Shown: piece after piece, positions 36,260 to 45,285 of the stretch
How positions within the stretch are numbered: the stretch's first letter is position 1
Layout of the letters: each line of letters starts with the position of its first letter
NCBI GenBank assembly: GCA_038844785.1
Contig: JAWBRA010000003.1
Span: forward strand, 5,363 to 69,362
Length of the DNA stretch: 64,000 bases
From: Candidatus Caldarchaeum sp.
GTDB taxonomy: Archaea > Thermoproteota > Nitrososphaeria_A > Caldarchaeales > Caldarchaeaceae
Direction of reading: 5' to 3'
Program-made: the position numbers and the translations under genes
Notes under the pieces: generated by a model
What the model was told of the DNA's origin: nothing
The model's input: the letters and a program-made list of their open reading frames with translations, nothing else
The model's database searches: none

Positions 36260-37264
36260 ATGAGCGAAAAACCCTTTGACGTCTACGACATCACAATTAT
36301 CGGAGCTGGGCCGATAGGCTTGTTCGCCGCCTTCTACGCAGCGGGCATGAGGGGGATGAAAACGAAGGTGATTGAAGCCCTAGACGTTTATGGGGGGCAG
36401 CTGACGATGCTTTATCCCGACAAATTCATCTACGATGTGGCGGGGTTTCCAAAAATAATGGCCAGAGATCTAGCCAAACAGCTCTACGAACAGGCTACGG
36501 CCTACAAGCCTTTGATATTGTTTTCCGAAAAAGTCTTAAACCTCACAAGGCTTGACGGTGGGATTATTGAGCTGACAACGGATAAAGGTGTTCATTTTTC
36601 CAAAACAGTTTTGATAGCGGCTGGACACGGTGCGTTCACCCCGCGAAAGCTCGGCAACCCCTCTGTTGAAAGGTTTGAAAACAAGGGGGTTTACTACACG
36701 GTCCGCGATAAATGGGAGTTCAGGGGCAAGAGAGTTGTAATAGTCGGGGGAGGAGACTCGGCTGTTGACTGGGCTCTAAACCTCAAAGACATAGCTGAAG
36801 AAACTTACTTGGTTCACAGAAGGACGGAGTTCAGAGCCCATGAAGGAAGCGTCATAGAGTTGTTCCACTCACCTGTAAAGGTCCTCGTGCCCTACGAGGT
36901 AAAGGAAGCATATGGCTCCGACACCCTCGAAGCGGTAAAGGTCTTCAACAACAAGACCGGCGAAGAAATGATTATACAGTGTGACGCGCTGCTCCTGCAG
37001 CTAGGTCACATAGTAGATGTCTCTCTTTTCAAAAAATGGGGGCTTGAGATGGAGGGAAACGCGATAAAAATCAACGCAAGGTGTGAAACCAACATACCAG
37101 GCGTTTACGCCGCGGGAGACATTGCATACCAGCCCGATTCTGTTAAGCTAGCCTTGCTTGTGATTGGTTTCGCGCAGGCAGCCATAGCTGTAAACGTCGC
37201 CAAAAACTACATCGACCCGAAGTCGAGCTACTTCCCAGGCCACAGCTCAGAAAGGAGGATGTGA
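36260..37264 (+). CDS. TrxR-fold FAD/NAD(P)H oxidoreductase without CxxC (ferredoxin-NADP+ reductase type 2 / YumC-like)
   Basis: GxGxxG motifs ITIIGAGPIGLFAA and VVIVGGGDSAVDWA; no CxxC redox motif. Confidence 0.65.
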   Translation: MSEKPFDVYDITIIGAGPIGLFAAFYAAGMRGMKTKVIEALDVYGGQLTMLYPDKFIYDVAGFPKIMARDLAKQLYEQATAYKPLILFSEKVLNLTRLDGGIIELTTDKGVHFSKTVLIAAGHGAFTPRKLGNPSVERFENKGVYYTVRDKWEFRGKRVVIVGGGDSAVDWALNLKDIAEETYLVHRRTEFRAHEGSVIELFHSPVKVLVPYEVKEAYGSDTLEAVKVFNNKTGEEMIIQCDALLLQLGHIVDVSLFKKWGLEMEGNAIKINARCETNIPGVYAAGDIAYQPDSVKLALLVIGFAQAAIAVNVAKNYIDPKSSYFPGHSSERRM

Positions 37265-37267
37265 CTG

Positions 37268-38224
37268 GTGAAGGTTCGAGCTTATCTCGTGGGAGCCTTT
37301 CCCAGAACAACTTCACTCATAAAATCCTTCAGAGATTTTGCAAAAGGAAAAATATCCTACGATCAGCTTTCCGCTGAAATAGACCTAACTGTAAGACAGA
37401 TAGTCAGCCTACAGCTGGAGAACAACCTCACCTACATATCTGACGGGATGTTGACGTGGGACGATCTTTTCAGACCCGTCGCTCTTTCCCTGAACGGGGT
37501 CATCATAGACGGTTTATCAAGATGGTTTGACAACAACTTTTTCTTCAAAAAACCGGTCATCGTCGAAGAAATATCCGTAAAGAAAACACTTGACAGTTTT
37601 TTCTTCAACAGGATGGCATTACACGGCTTGAGTGCTAAGGCGGTGCTGCCCGACCCTTTTACGATGGCTAAACTTTCGGAGAACAAAACAAGTCACAGGT
37701 TTGAGGAAATTGCTTACCAGCTCGCCGATGCTATATCCCAGCTTGCATCAGGTCTTGACGGAGCTGTTCAAATACAGCTGACCGCTCCCGCACTTGTATC
37801 AGGCAAACTTTCCCGAGACGAGCTGGAGTTGGCGAAAGAATGCGTAAAAATAGTAAAGCGTAGGGTGGCTGGCGAGCTGCTGCTACACATGCCCCTCGGC
37901 TCAGCCTCAGCAGTCTTCCACCAAGTGCTGGACTTTTCAGCAGACGTCATAGGCATCGACCTTTACAAAACATCCCTAAACCAAATTACGGAGCACACCA
38001 TCAGTAAAAAGCTGTTTCTAGGTGTTCTCGATGGACGGAACACCCTGATGGAATCAAACGAGACCGTTTTAGAAACGCTGTCTCAGGTGTTCACGAGAAC
38101 AGGGTTGAAAGAATTGGACATAGGCCCGTCCTGCGAGCTTGAATTCCTCCCATACGAGATCGCCGTGGAAAAGGTTAGAAAGCTAGGTGAGCTGAAAAGG
38201 CTGGCGGGTGATAAACTCGGTTGA
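37268..38224 (+). CDS. methionine synthase II (MetE) N-terminal-domain homologue, stand-alone
   Basis: UROD/MetE-like TIM-barrel pattern without the zinc-ligand motifs. GTG start. Its stop overlaps the start of the catalytic metE gene. Confidence 0.5.
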   Translation: MKVRAYLVGAFPRTTSLIKSFRDFAKGKISYDQLSAEIDLTVRQIVSLQLENNLTYISDGMLTWDDLFRPVALSLNGVIIDGLSRWFDNNFFFKKPVIVEEISVKKTLDSFFFNRMALHGLSAKAVLPDPFTMAKLSENKTSHRFEEIAYQLADAISQLASGLDGAVQIQLTAPALVSGKLSRDELELAKECVKIVKRRVAGELLLHMPLGSASAVFHQVLDFSADVIGIDLYKTSLNQITEHTISKKLFLGVLDGRNTLMESNETVLETLSQVFTRTGLKELDIGPSCELEFLPYEIAVEKVRKLGELKRLAGDKLG

Positions 38225-39339
38225 CTAAGCTTTTCCCAGTAATGGAGGTAGGCAGCCTAAACAAAGCACCCTTCCTAACCAAGGACAGTTTGAAGGCGAC
38301 CCAGCAGGCGGAACGTTGGGGAAGAACCCTCGACGTCGAAAACTACCAGCAGCTTGTAAAATCTCTCGCTGAAAACAAGCTTACAGAGTCCGAGAAACTT
38401 GACTGGGCCTGCATCTACGGCCTGAGGTTTTTCGAAAAAGCCGGGTTAGACATAATCTATGACGGAGAGCAGCGTCGGATGGAGATGTACGAATATCCTC
38501 TGCAGTACGTTGACGGCTTCCAGTTCCGAGGCGTCGTAAGAGTATGGGACAACGAATACTATAGGAAGGCCGCGGTGGTGGACAGACCTCGTCTCCGCAG
38601 AATATACCACCTTGAAGAGCTGCAGTTCAACAAAAAACATGCGAGAAAACCTCTTAAAGTTCCTGTAACAGCGGCCTACACTCTAGCAGACTGGTCCTTT
38701 GACGAATACTACGTCAAAAAATCTGTTGGGGATGGTTGGGTTGAAAAACTCCATAACGCGAAGCAAGAATTTGTGCATGACTTGGTGAAAGAGGTTGTGA
38801 GGCCGGTTGTTTCAGCCTTGGCGACGGAGTCAGCTGACTACGTGCAGCTTGACGAGCCGGCAGCGGCCGCTAAGCCTTACGAATCCGAGCTGGTCGTTGA
38901 AAGCCTAAACGAGACGGTTAAAGGGTTGGCATCTAAAGTGGCCGTCCACATCTGCTATACCGATTACAAAGCCCTCTTCCCAGCAATCCTCGAGCTTAAA
39001 ACAGACGTACTGTCGATATCGTGCTCAAACGCCGACTTAACCGTTTTAGGAACAGATGAAGAGAGGAGACCGGGCTTCAAGGTGCTTAAAATTTTTAGAG
39101 ACTATTCCGTGCGGTTCAAAATAGCTCCCGGCGTCGTCGACGTCCACACCGATTTTATCGAGCCTCCCGAGCTTGTCAGGGACAGGCTTCTCCACGCCTC
39201 CAATTTAATGAAGGACCCGGATAAAATTGTAGCGTGCAACGACTGCGGGCTGAGGACAAGAAAATGGGATGCGGCTTTTCAAAAACAGGTGAACCTTGTA
39301 AAGGGTGCTGAGATGGCCCGGGAAGCTTTAGGAGAGTGA
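38221..39339 (+). CDS. metE: cobalamin-independent methionine synthase, catalytic (C-terminal-type) domain
   Basis: VQLDEPA, HICYTD and NDCGL zinc-ligand motifs typical of MetE. Confidence 0.75.
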   Translation: MTKLFPVMEVGSLNKAPFLTKDSLKATQQAERWGRTLDVENYQQLVKSLAENKLTESEKLDWACIYGLRFFEKAGLDIIYDGEQRRMEMYEYPLQYVDGFQFRGVVRVWDNEYYRKAAVVDRPRLRRIYHLEELQFNKKHARKPLKVPVTAAYTLADWSFDEYYVKKSVGDGWVEKLHNAKQEFVHDLVKEVVRPVVSALATESADYVQLDEPAAAAKPYESELVVESLNETVKGLASKVAVHICYTDYKALFPAILELKTDVLSISCSNADLTVLGTDEERRPGFKVLKIFRDYSVRFKIAPGVVDVHTDFIEPPELVRDRLLHASNLMKDPDKIVACNDCGLRTRKWDAAFQKQVNLVKGAEMAREALGE

Positions 39340-39341
39340 GG

Positions 39342-39821
39342 TTAAGATTTTTCCTCCTTTTTAGGCTGGGCTTGGACCGCTTTCCTCGAAACACCAACCG
39401 TCATGCCCTTCCTGCCTGTCGTCCTGGTTCTCTGCCCTCTGACCTTCAAGCCCAGCGAATGGCGTATCCCTTTCCAGCTCTTTGTCCTCATCATAAGCTG
39501 GATGTCTTCTTTTACAGCTAGCTCGAGGTCTGCTCCAAGAAGATGAAGGTTTTTGCCCGTAGCGGGGTCGAACCTCCTGTTCAACATCCATGCAGGAATT
39601 CCGAAAGCTTCAGGTTTTCTCGCTACCTGCTCGATTTTCTCAAGCTGTTTCTCCGTCAAAGACCCTATTCTTAACTCTGTGTCTAAGCCAGCGGCTCTTG
39701 CAATGGCATAACCAAGGTTTATGCCTATACCCTTGACCTTAGCCAAGGCATAAGGGATTTTTAGCGTTCCATCTATGTCCGTGTTCAAAATTCTCACTAT
39801 GTACTTTAGCTCCTTTGACAT
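39342..39821 (-). CDS. rps13: ribosomal protein S13 (uS13)
   Basis: YIVRILNTDIDGTLKIPYALAKVKGIGINLGYAIARAAGLD. Confidence 0.9.
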   Translation of the reverse strand: MSKELKYIVRILNTDIDGTLKIPYALAKVKGIGINLGYAIARAAGLDTELRIGSLTEKQLEKIEQVARKPEAFGIPAWMLNRRFDPATGKNLHLLGADLELAVKEDIQLMMRTKSWKGIRHSLGLKVRGQRTRTTGRKGMTVGVSRKAVQAQPKKEEKS

Positions 39822-39842
39822 CGGTGGTTGGGTGTAATACGT

Positions 39843-39850
39843 CTATATAA
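39843..39850 (+). promoter_or_regulatory. TATA box (ctatataa) in the 52-nt rps13/SDR divergent spacer
   Basis: About 25 nt upstream of the SDR gene's GTG start. Confidence 0.4.
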
Positions 39851-39873
39851 GCATGCAAAACTAACGTAACGCC

Positions 39874-40641
39874 GTGGGGCTACTAGATGGTAAAAAATGC
39901 ATAGTGACAGGGGCTACGGGAAGCGTGGGACGGGCGATTGTAGAGGAATTTTTGAAAGAGGGGGCGTCGGTGGCAGCCGGAGGAAGACGGGTCTCGCTCC
40001 TAAAGAGCCTTGCAGAGACTTGGAGTGCCGGGGCAAAAAATGCTGTGATTACCGATTTTCTGGACGTCTCCGATGAGGCAAGCGTCTCGGCTTTTGTCAA
40101 CAAAGCATACCAAGCCTTCGGCGGATTGAATGCCTTGGTTAACGTCGCAGGATACGCGCTGGAGAAAAGCCTTTGGACCAAAAGCTTGGTGGACCATACA
40201 TTAGATGATGTAGTGAAGGTGATGAAAGTGGATTTGCTCGGGTCCTTTCTGATGGTTAAACATGTTCTTCCGTTGATGCGAGATGGCGGTGGAGGCGTTA
40301 TAGTCAACTTCAGCTCAACGCCAGCCATATCGGGATATGATAAAGGCTTTGCCTACACGCTTGCCAAGGCAGCTGTCATCGGGTTGACCAAACATGTTGC
40401 ACGGGAGTTTGGAAGGTTTGGGATAAGGGCTTACACACTGGCTCTCGGCAACATAAAGACAGAAAGAACAGTTTCAGCTTTGACTCCGGAACAATACCGT
40501 GCTTTAGCGGAGGAGAGCTCGTTCGGCAGGTGGGGGAGGGTTGAGGAAGTTGCTTCAGTGACCGCGTTCCTTTGTTCCGACAAAGCATCCTATATAAACG
40601 GACAGACTATAATCGTCGATGGCGGAACAGTCATGCTGTAG
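39874..40641 (+). CDS. short-chain dehydrogenase/reductase (FabG-like)
   Basis: TGATGSVGRA (GxxxGxG), NVAG, and a YTLAKAA (YxxxK) catalytic motif. Confidence 0.8.
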   Translation: MGLLDGKKCIVTGATGSVGRAIVEEFLKEGASVAAGGRRVSLLKSLAETWSAGAKNAVITDFLDVSDEASVSAFVNKAYQAFGGLNALVNVAGYALEKSLWTKSLVDHTLDDVVKVMKVDLLGSFLMVKHVLPLMRDGGGGVIVNFSSTPAISGYDKGFAYTLAKAAVIGLTKHVAREFGRFGIRAYTLALGNIKTERTVSALTPEQYRALAEESSFGRWGRVEEVASVTAFLCSDKASYINGQTIIVDGGTVML

Positions 40642-40695
40642 AGAAAATCGGGAAACCTTATTAATCAGGTGAACGTCATACGCGTCGGAGCTGTA

Positions 40696-41016
40696 ATGGC
40701 GATTCAAGGCCTCGAATGGATCGTCGTCGCCATAGTGATTTTAGTGTTGTTCCTTTGGGGGCCTGAAAAACTTCCCAAAATAGCGAAGTCAATAGGTCAG
40801 GCGAAGAGGGAGTTTGAAAAAGCTTCAAGGGGGTTGGAGGACGAGCTTAACCGAGCTGCCGCTCTCCAGACTTCGGCCGCCACGCCACAGCCTTCAGCAC
40901 CGTCCGCCGACGACAAGCTGCTGGAGGTGGCGAGGGCTCTAAACATAACTACCGAAGGCAAAACCAGGGATGAGATAGCTAAAGAAATAATTGAAAAATC
41001 TCGGAAAACTGGTTAA
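40696..41016 (+). CDS. tatA: Sec-independent translocase TatA/E
   Basis: TM helix then GPEKLPKIAKSIGQAKREFEKA (amphipathic TatA motif). Start taken at the internal ATG. Confidence 0.7.
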   Translation: MAIQGLEWIVVAIVILVLFLWGPEKLPKIAKSIGQAKREFEKASRGLEDELNRAAALQTSAATPQPSAPSADDKLLEVARALNITTEGKTRDEIAKEIIEKSRKTG

Positions 41017-41046
41017 CGTTATATTTCGTTGGTTTCTTTGGGATAG

Positions 41047-41922
41047 GTGGCGGGGGCTTTGAGCAAAGATAAGGAAATGCCGTTAATCGAGCATCTGAGG
41101 GAGCTCAAAGACAGGGTTAAAGTCGTCATAATCTCCTTCATCATAGCTCTTATCTTCTGGCTTGCGTTTCCAGCCAACCTCAACCCTACATCGTTCAACC
41201 CCGACTTTTACGAGCCAATGGTTTCGCTGGTGTTGAAGAGGATAGTCGCAGACATAGGCGGCGGCAGGCTGGTCATAATAGGGTGCAGCGTGACGTCTCC
41301 CTTCGAGATAATCTTCCTGGCCGCCGCCTTCTTAGCCGTTGCAACGATAATGCCTGTCATAGGTTATGAAACATACGCCTACATAGACCCCGCCCTTTAT
41401 CCGCACGAGCGGAAACTTATCTACGGCTTTACAGCGGGTTTTTTCGCTCTCTTCACCGCCGGAGCGGTTTTTGGATATTTTGTTGCAGCGCCTTTGGTCA
41501 TGAGGGCTATGGTGTTCTTCTTCGAGCTTGCTGGAATAAACCCGACTGTCTGCGCCATGGATTTTTACAGCATGATTTTCACTACCGTTTTGTTGATTGG
41601 AGTTGTTTTCACCGCCCCCGCCATCGTGGTTCTCCTTGTTAGGTTCGGGTTGTTGAACACCGAAACCATAACAAAAAACAGGCTTTACATATACGGCATT
41701 CTATACATAATAGTGGCTTTCATAACGCCTGACGGCTGGCTTGTTGGAAACGCGGTCCTTTTTCTTCCGTTGGTGGCGTTGATAGAATCTTCGATCTTTG
41801 TCGCCCGAAGAGTTGAGAAGTCAAGGGGCCTTGACACAGGAGGCTCACACTGCAAGTTCTGCGGAGCTCGAATGGCTGAGGGGCAGGTTTTCTGCGGAAA
41901 ATGTGGAAGAGCCCAAGAGTAA
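41047..41922 (+). CDS. tatC: Sec-independent translocase TatC with C-terminal zinc-ribbon extension
   Basis: Six TM segments with TatC motifs, plus a terminal CKFCGARMAEGQVFCGKCG. Confidence 0.8.
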   Translation: MAGALSKDKEMPLIEHLRELKDRVKVVIISFIIALIFWLAFPANLNPTSFNPDFYEPMVSLVLKRIVADIGGGRLVIIGCSVTSPFEIIFLAAAFLAVATIMPVIGYETYAYIDPALYPHERKLIYGFTAGFFALFTAGAVFGYFVAAPLVMRAMVFFFELAGINPTVCAMDFYSMIFTTVLLIGVVFTAPAIVVLLVRFGLLNTETITKNRLYIYGILYIIVAFITPDGWLVGNAVLFLPLVALIESSIFVARRVEKSRGLDTGGSHCKFCGARMAEGQVFCGKCGRAQE

Positions 41923-41926
41923 ACCG

Positions 41927-42235
41927 TTAAACAGCTTTCCTCAAACCTTTTATCGTCCCAGAGACTTTGACCGTTCTGATGACGGTGTAGACATTTTTTA
42001 AGTTTCTTACGAGTGAGATCGCAAGAATCAGTTTCGGAAGCCACTCTTTGTAACATGATAGAAACAGATTAGAGCCTATGGTTCCTTTTTTAAAGCCCGA
42101 GTCCACTAAACCTGTTTTTCCATATAGCTCGTAGAAACATTCTCTCACCGCCTCTGAAACGTCTTCCAAGCTTGCTTCCGACGACGGTTTGACTATGACG
42201 TAACGTCGTTTCAGGCGGAGGGTTCTAGCGCTCAA
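41927..42235 (-). CDS. rnp2: RNase P protein subunit Pop5 (Rpp14-like)
   Basis: RRYVIVKPSS...VRTVKVSGTIKGLRK matches the Pop5 N- and C-terminal signatures. Confidence 0.6.
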   Translation of the reverse strand: MSARTLRLKRRYVIVKPSSEASLEDVSEAVRECFYELYGKTGLVDSGFKKGTIGSNLFLSCYKEWLPKLILAISLVRNLKNVYTVIRTVKVSGTIKGLRKAV

Positions 42236-42830
42236 GTTTCTCTCTCACCAGCTTCAGCGGAATTGTTGAAACAGCGTCCAGGTCGGGTGCTTGAACCTCC
42301 TTCATAGCGGAAAGCACGTACGCCAGCTGTTTGGGAGGCATGAGCTCTTCAGCGCCAGCCGCACCGCTGGAAATAACTAACGGTATCTGAAAACGTGCAG
42401 CCGTCTTGCATAGTTTCTGGAGGTTTCTCCATTTTCTCAAGTCTTTAAAAGCTTCAGCCAGCTCGGAGACGGTTATCTCAAGGATGTTGTCGAAAACCTG
42501 AAGAACGTGCCTGTCCAGCTCTGCAATCTCGCCGTGGGCCATCACCGTGCCAACCCTTCTGTCCCTTGCGGCAACCATCAACGCCTCACGGGTCAAAGGC
42601 TTCACCCCTATCAACAGCTTCCTGTCAACAGCTCTCAGACGCTGCAAAAGCTCAGAACGCGACCTAGCTTCTACAACCGCTTTCCCGTAGACAGACAATC
42701 CATGAATGCTTAAAACCGACATGTTTTTCAGGTCAGTCGTGCAGACATGCTTAAAACCCAACGCCACAAGGGTTTCCGCTGTTCTCGGGTCGATTTTCGT
42801 GACATAAAGGTCTACGTACTCTCTACCCAA
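42225..42830 (-). CDS. rnp3: RNase P protein subunit Rpp30-like (TIM-barrel)
   Basis: 201 aa directly upstream of Pop5 and overlapping it. EYVDLYV...IPLVISSGAAGAEEL is compatible with Rpp30. Confidence 0.5.
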   Translation of the reverse strand: MGREYVDLYVTKIDPRTAETLVALGFKHVCTTDLKNMSVLSIHGLSVYGKAVVEARSRSELLQRLRAVDRKLLIGVKPLTREALMVAARDRRVGTVMAHGEIAELDRHVLQVFDNILEITVSELAEAFKDLRKWRNLQKLCKTAARFQIPLVISSGAAGAEELMPPKQLAYVLSAMKEVQAPDLDAVSTIPLKLVREKLER

Positions 42831-43216
42831 CGGAAAACCTCCCTCCAGTCGCCTTCGTAGCTGAACTCCATTTTAACCGGGTCAACGTCCTCTGCCACTA
42901 TCTCTCCCTTGAAAGCCTTTTGCTTGTCAAGCCGTATGTGAAACTTTCCGGTTTCCGGAGATTTTTGCTCAACACCCAGAACCCCGACACCTAAGTGAGA
43001 CAGGATTTTCTTAAAAACCGAGGCTACTTCAGACTCGTTCAAAACCTCATACTCTAAAGCGTATATGGCGTCTCCGTAATGACCCTCCATTTTAGTCTCT
43101 TTGACGGAAAATTTGACGCCGTTGAGGATGTTCTCAACAGATTTCTTCACCTTCTCCAGATCTTCGGTGGCGTAGCAGTGGACCCTGCATTTTAGCCGTA
43201 CGAGCCTCAGCATCAA
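42812..43216 (-). CDS. small conserved archaeal protein (COG1325/DUF54-like, predicted exosome/RNA-binding associated)
   Basis: N-terminus RVHCYATEDLEKVKKSVENIL resembles COG1325 proteins found in the archaeal exosome/proteasome/RNase P neighbourhood. Confidence 0.3.
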   Translation of the reverse strand: MMLRLVRLKCRVHCYATEDLEKVKKSVENILNGVKFSVKETKMEGHYGDAIYALEYEVLNESEVASVFKKILSHLGVGVLGVEQKSPETGKFHIRLDKQKAFKGEIVAEDVDPVKMEFSYEGDWREVFRWVEST

Positions 43217-43288
43217 GCTGTGTTAAGCCGTCTTCCCTAATAGGTTTTCAACTTTAAGAGCTACCTGTAGAGGAAAACAAGCAGGCTT

Positions 43289-43714
43289 ATGTCCTTCTAC
43301 AGGATGTTGAACAGGTATTGGCGTGAAAGGCCCGAGTCGCTGGTCACAGCTATGAGGGGGCGTTTGGTTGAATGGCGGAAAGAGAAAAGCGTGGTCAGAG
43401 TTGACAAGCCGCTGAGGCTTGACAGGGCGAGAAGCATCGGTTACCGCGACAAACAGGGCTATGTTGTTCTGCGTGTTAGAGTCAGGAGGGGGGGTTTCAG
43501 CAAGCCCAGGCCAAGGTCGGGAAGAAGGCCTAAAGCCTTGGGTGTGGTTAAACACAAGGTTAACATCTCACTTAAAGAGGAAGCCATTCAGAGGGCGTTG
43601 AAAAAATATCCCAACTTAAAGGCTTTAGGAGCATATCCTCTGGCGTCTGACGCCATGTACAAATGGTTTGAAGTGGTCGCCGTGGACCCAAGCCATCCAT
43701 CTGTTAAACTCTAA
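43289..43714 (+). CDS. rpl15e: ribosomal protein L15e (short form, 141 aa)
   Basis: YWRERPESLVTAMRGRLVEWRKEKSVVRVDKPLRLDRARSIGYRDKQGYVVLRVRVRRGGFSKPRPRSGRRPK...YKWFEVVAVDPSHPSV. It ends at a stop roughly 45-50 aa before the usual L15e C-terminus. Confidence 0.8.
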   Translation: MSFYRMLNRYWRERPESLVTAMRGRLVEWRKEKSVVRVDKPLRLDRARSIGYRDKQGYVVLRVRVRRGGFSKPRPRSGRRPKALGVVKHKVNISLKEEAIQRALKKYPNLKALGAYPLASDAMYKWFEVVAVDPSHPSVKL

Positions 43715-43747
43715 AAACTATCATCCATGGATAATTTTTGGTAGTCG

Positions 43748-44956
43748 ATGGAGTTAGCTGGAATAGTTGGGAAGCCTAACGTAGGTAAAAGCACTCTTTT
43801 CTCCGCGCTCAGCATGACGGAAGTCGAGATAGCAAACTATCCCTTCACAACAAAAAAAGCGAACGTCGGCGTCACTTACCTAAGGCTGGAATGCATCTGT
43901 AAAAAGCTAGGGGTTAAGGACAACCCTCGAAACTCCCTGTGTATCGACGGCGTTAGGTTGGTGCCAATCCAGATAATTGACTGCCCTGGAATTATTCAGG
44001 ACGCACATAAGGGGAAAGGCTTGGGGCTGCAGTTCTTGGACGAGATAAGACAGGCCTCTGCCTTGATAATCGTAGCAGACGCATCTGGCAGCACGTCAGC
44101 CGACGGCACCCCGTCGGAGCCAAGCTCCCACAACCCAGTTGAAGACGTTCTGATCGTTTTAAGAGAGTTCGACATATGGGTGCGAGAGATCATGGCCAAG
44201 CACTGGCCGAGAATTTCAAGAGGAGCTGAGGCGAGACAATTCAGCCTTGTCGCGGAGATAGCGAAAACGCTTTCGGGGCTTGGGGCCTCCGAAGCGGTTG
44301 TTCAAGAGGCTGTCAACAGCACTGGGTTGAACGTTTCCAAGCCCACGTCATGGAGCTTAGATGATCTTCACAGACTGGCTTCCGAGGTTAGGGCTAGGAC
44401 CAAACCTGTTGTGGTAGCAGCTAACAAATGCGACATACCCGGCTCTGAGGCTGGTGTTGAGAGGTTGAGGAAGGCTGGGTTCGATGTTGTGCCTTGCTCC
44501 GCCGAAGCGGAGAGAATGCTGAGGCTAGCAGCCTCAAAAAACCTCGTCAGATACACCCCAGGCGACCCTGACTTCCAGATTGTGGAGAAGGCCGTTTTGA
44601 CGGAAGCCCAGAGGAAGGCGTTGAAGAAAATAAGGGAGATGGTTTTTGAAAGATGGGGTAACACCGGGGTTCAGCAGCTCGTAAACAAGGTTTACCTGGA
44701 AAAGCTCCAGTACATCCCTGTCTATCCCGTGGAAAACCCCCACAACCTCTCGGACCGTGAAGGAAATGTGCTGCCCGACGTATACCTCATGCCTAAAAAC
44801 TCAACCCCAAGAGACCTAGCATTCAAAATCCACTCAGACCTAGGTGAAGGGTATTTGTATTCAGTCGACGCCGTTACTGGGTTGAGGCTTGGCGACGACC
44901 ATGTCTTAAAACCTAATCAAGTGGTTTCAATCGTTTCAGCCAAAAAAAGAGGTTAG
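43748..44956 (+). CDS. Obg/DRG/YchF-family GTPase with C-terminal TGS domain
   Basis: G1 GIVGKPNVGKSTLFSAL and G3 IIDCPGI motifs, with a TGS-like C-terminus (VYLMPKNSTPRDLAFKIHSDLGEGYLYSVDAVTGLRLGDDHVLKPNQVV). Confidence 0.75.
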   Translation: MELAGIVGKPNVGKSTLFSALSMTEVEIANYPFTTKKANVGVTYLRLECICKKLGVKDNPRNSLCIDGVRLVPIQIIDCPGIIQDAHKGKGLGLQFLDEIRQASALIIVADASGSTSADGTPSEPSSHNPVEDVLIVLREFDIWVREIMAKHWPRISRGAEARQFSLVAEIAKTLSGLGASEAVVQEAVNSTGLNVSKPTSWSLDDLHRLASEVRARTKPVVVAANKCDIPGSEAGVERLRKAGFDVVPCSAEAERMLRLAASKNLVRYTPGDPDFQIVEKAVLTEAQRKALKKIREMVFERWGNTGVQQLVNKVYLEKLQYIPVYPVENPHNLSDREGNVLPDVYLMPKNSTPRDLAFKIHSDLGEGYLYSVDAVTGLRLGDDHVLKPNQVVSIVSAKKRG

Positions 44957-45282
44957 ACTCCTTCCCTAAAATAATGGCCTAGTTGTTTTCTGCTTCCGAA
45001 GCTTCTTATACCCTTGCTCCGCAGCTGCTTTGACAGTTCGGCCGCCTCTTCAGCTGTTATCTCACCCCTTTTCAGCAGGAATTCGATGACCTCCTCTCCT
45101 TGCTCATCTGTGTCGCAGCGTCTAAGATAATCTATCGCCGTAGGAAGCCTGGTAGACGCCAGGCTTTCCGCCAGCTCAGCACTACTTCTTACGCCAGAAA
45201 CACGAGTCCTAACACCGCCATACATGATCTCGCGGAACAGCGCGGGAAACCTTCGTCTAAACTCTTCCACATCCATCTCCAT
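44953..45282 (-). CDS. conserved hypothetical small protein
   Basis: 109-aa ORF with coding-like composition; its start overlaps the GTPase gene's stop. Confidence 0.3.
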   Translation of the reverse strand: MEMDVEEFRRRFPALFREIMYGGVRTRVSGVRSSAELAESLASTRLPTAIDYLRRCDTDEQGEEVIEFLLKRGEITAEEAAELSKQLRSKGIRSFGSRKQLGHYFREGV

Positions 45283-45285
45283 GAG

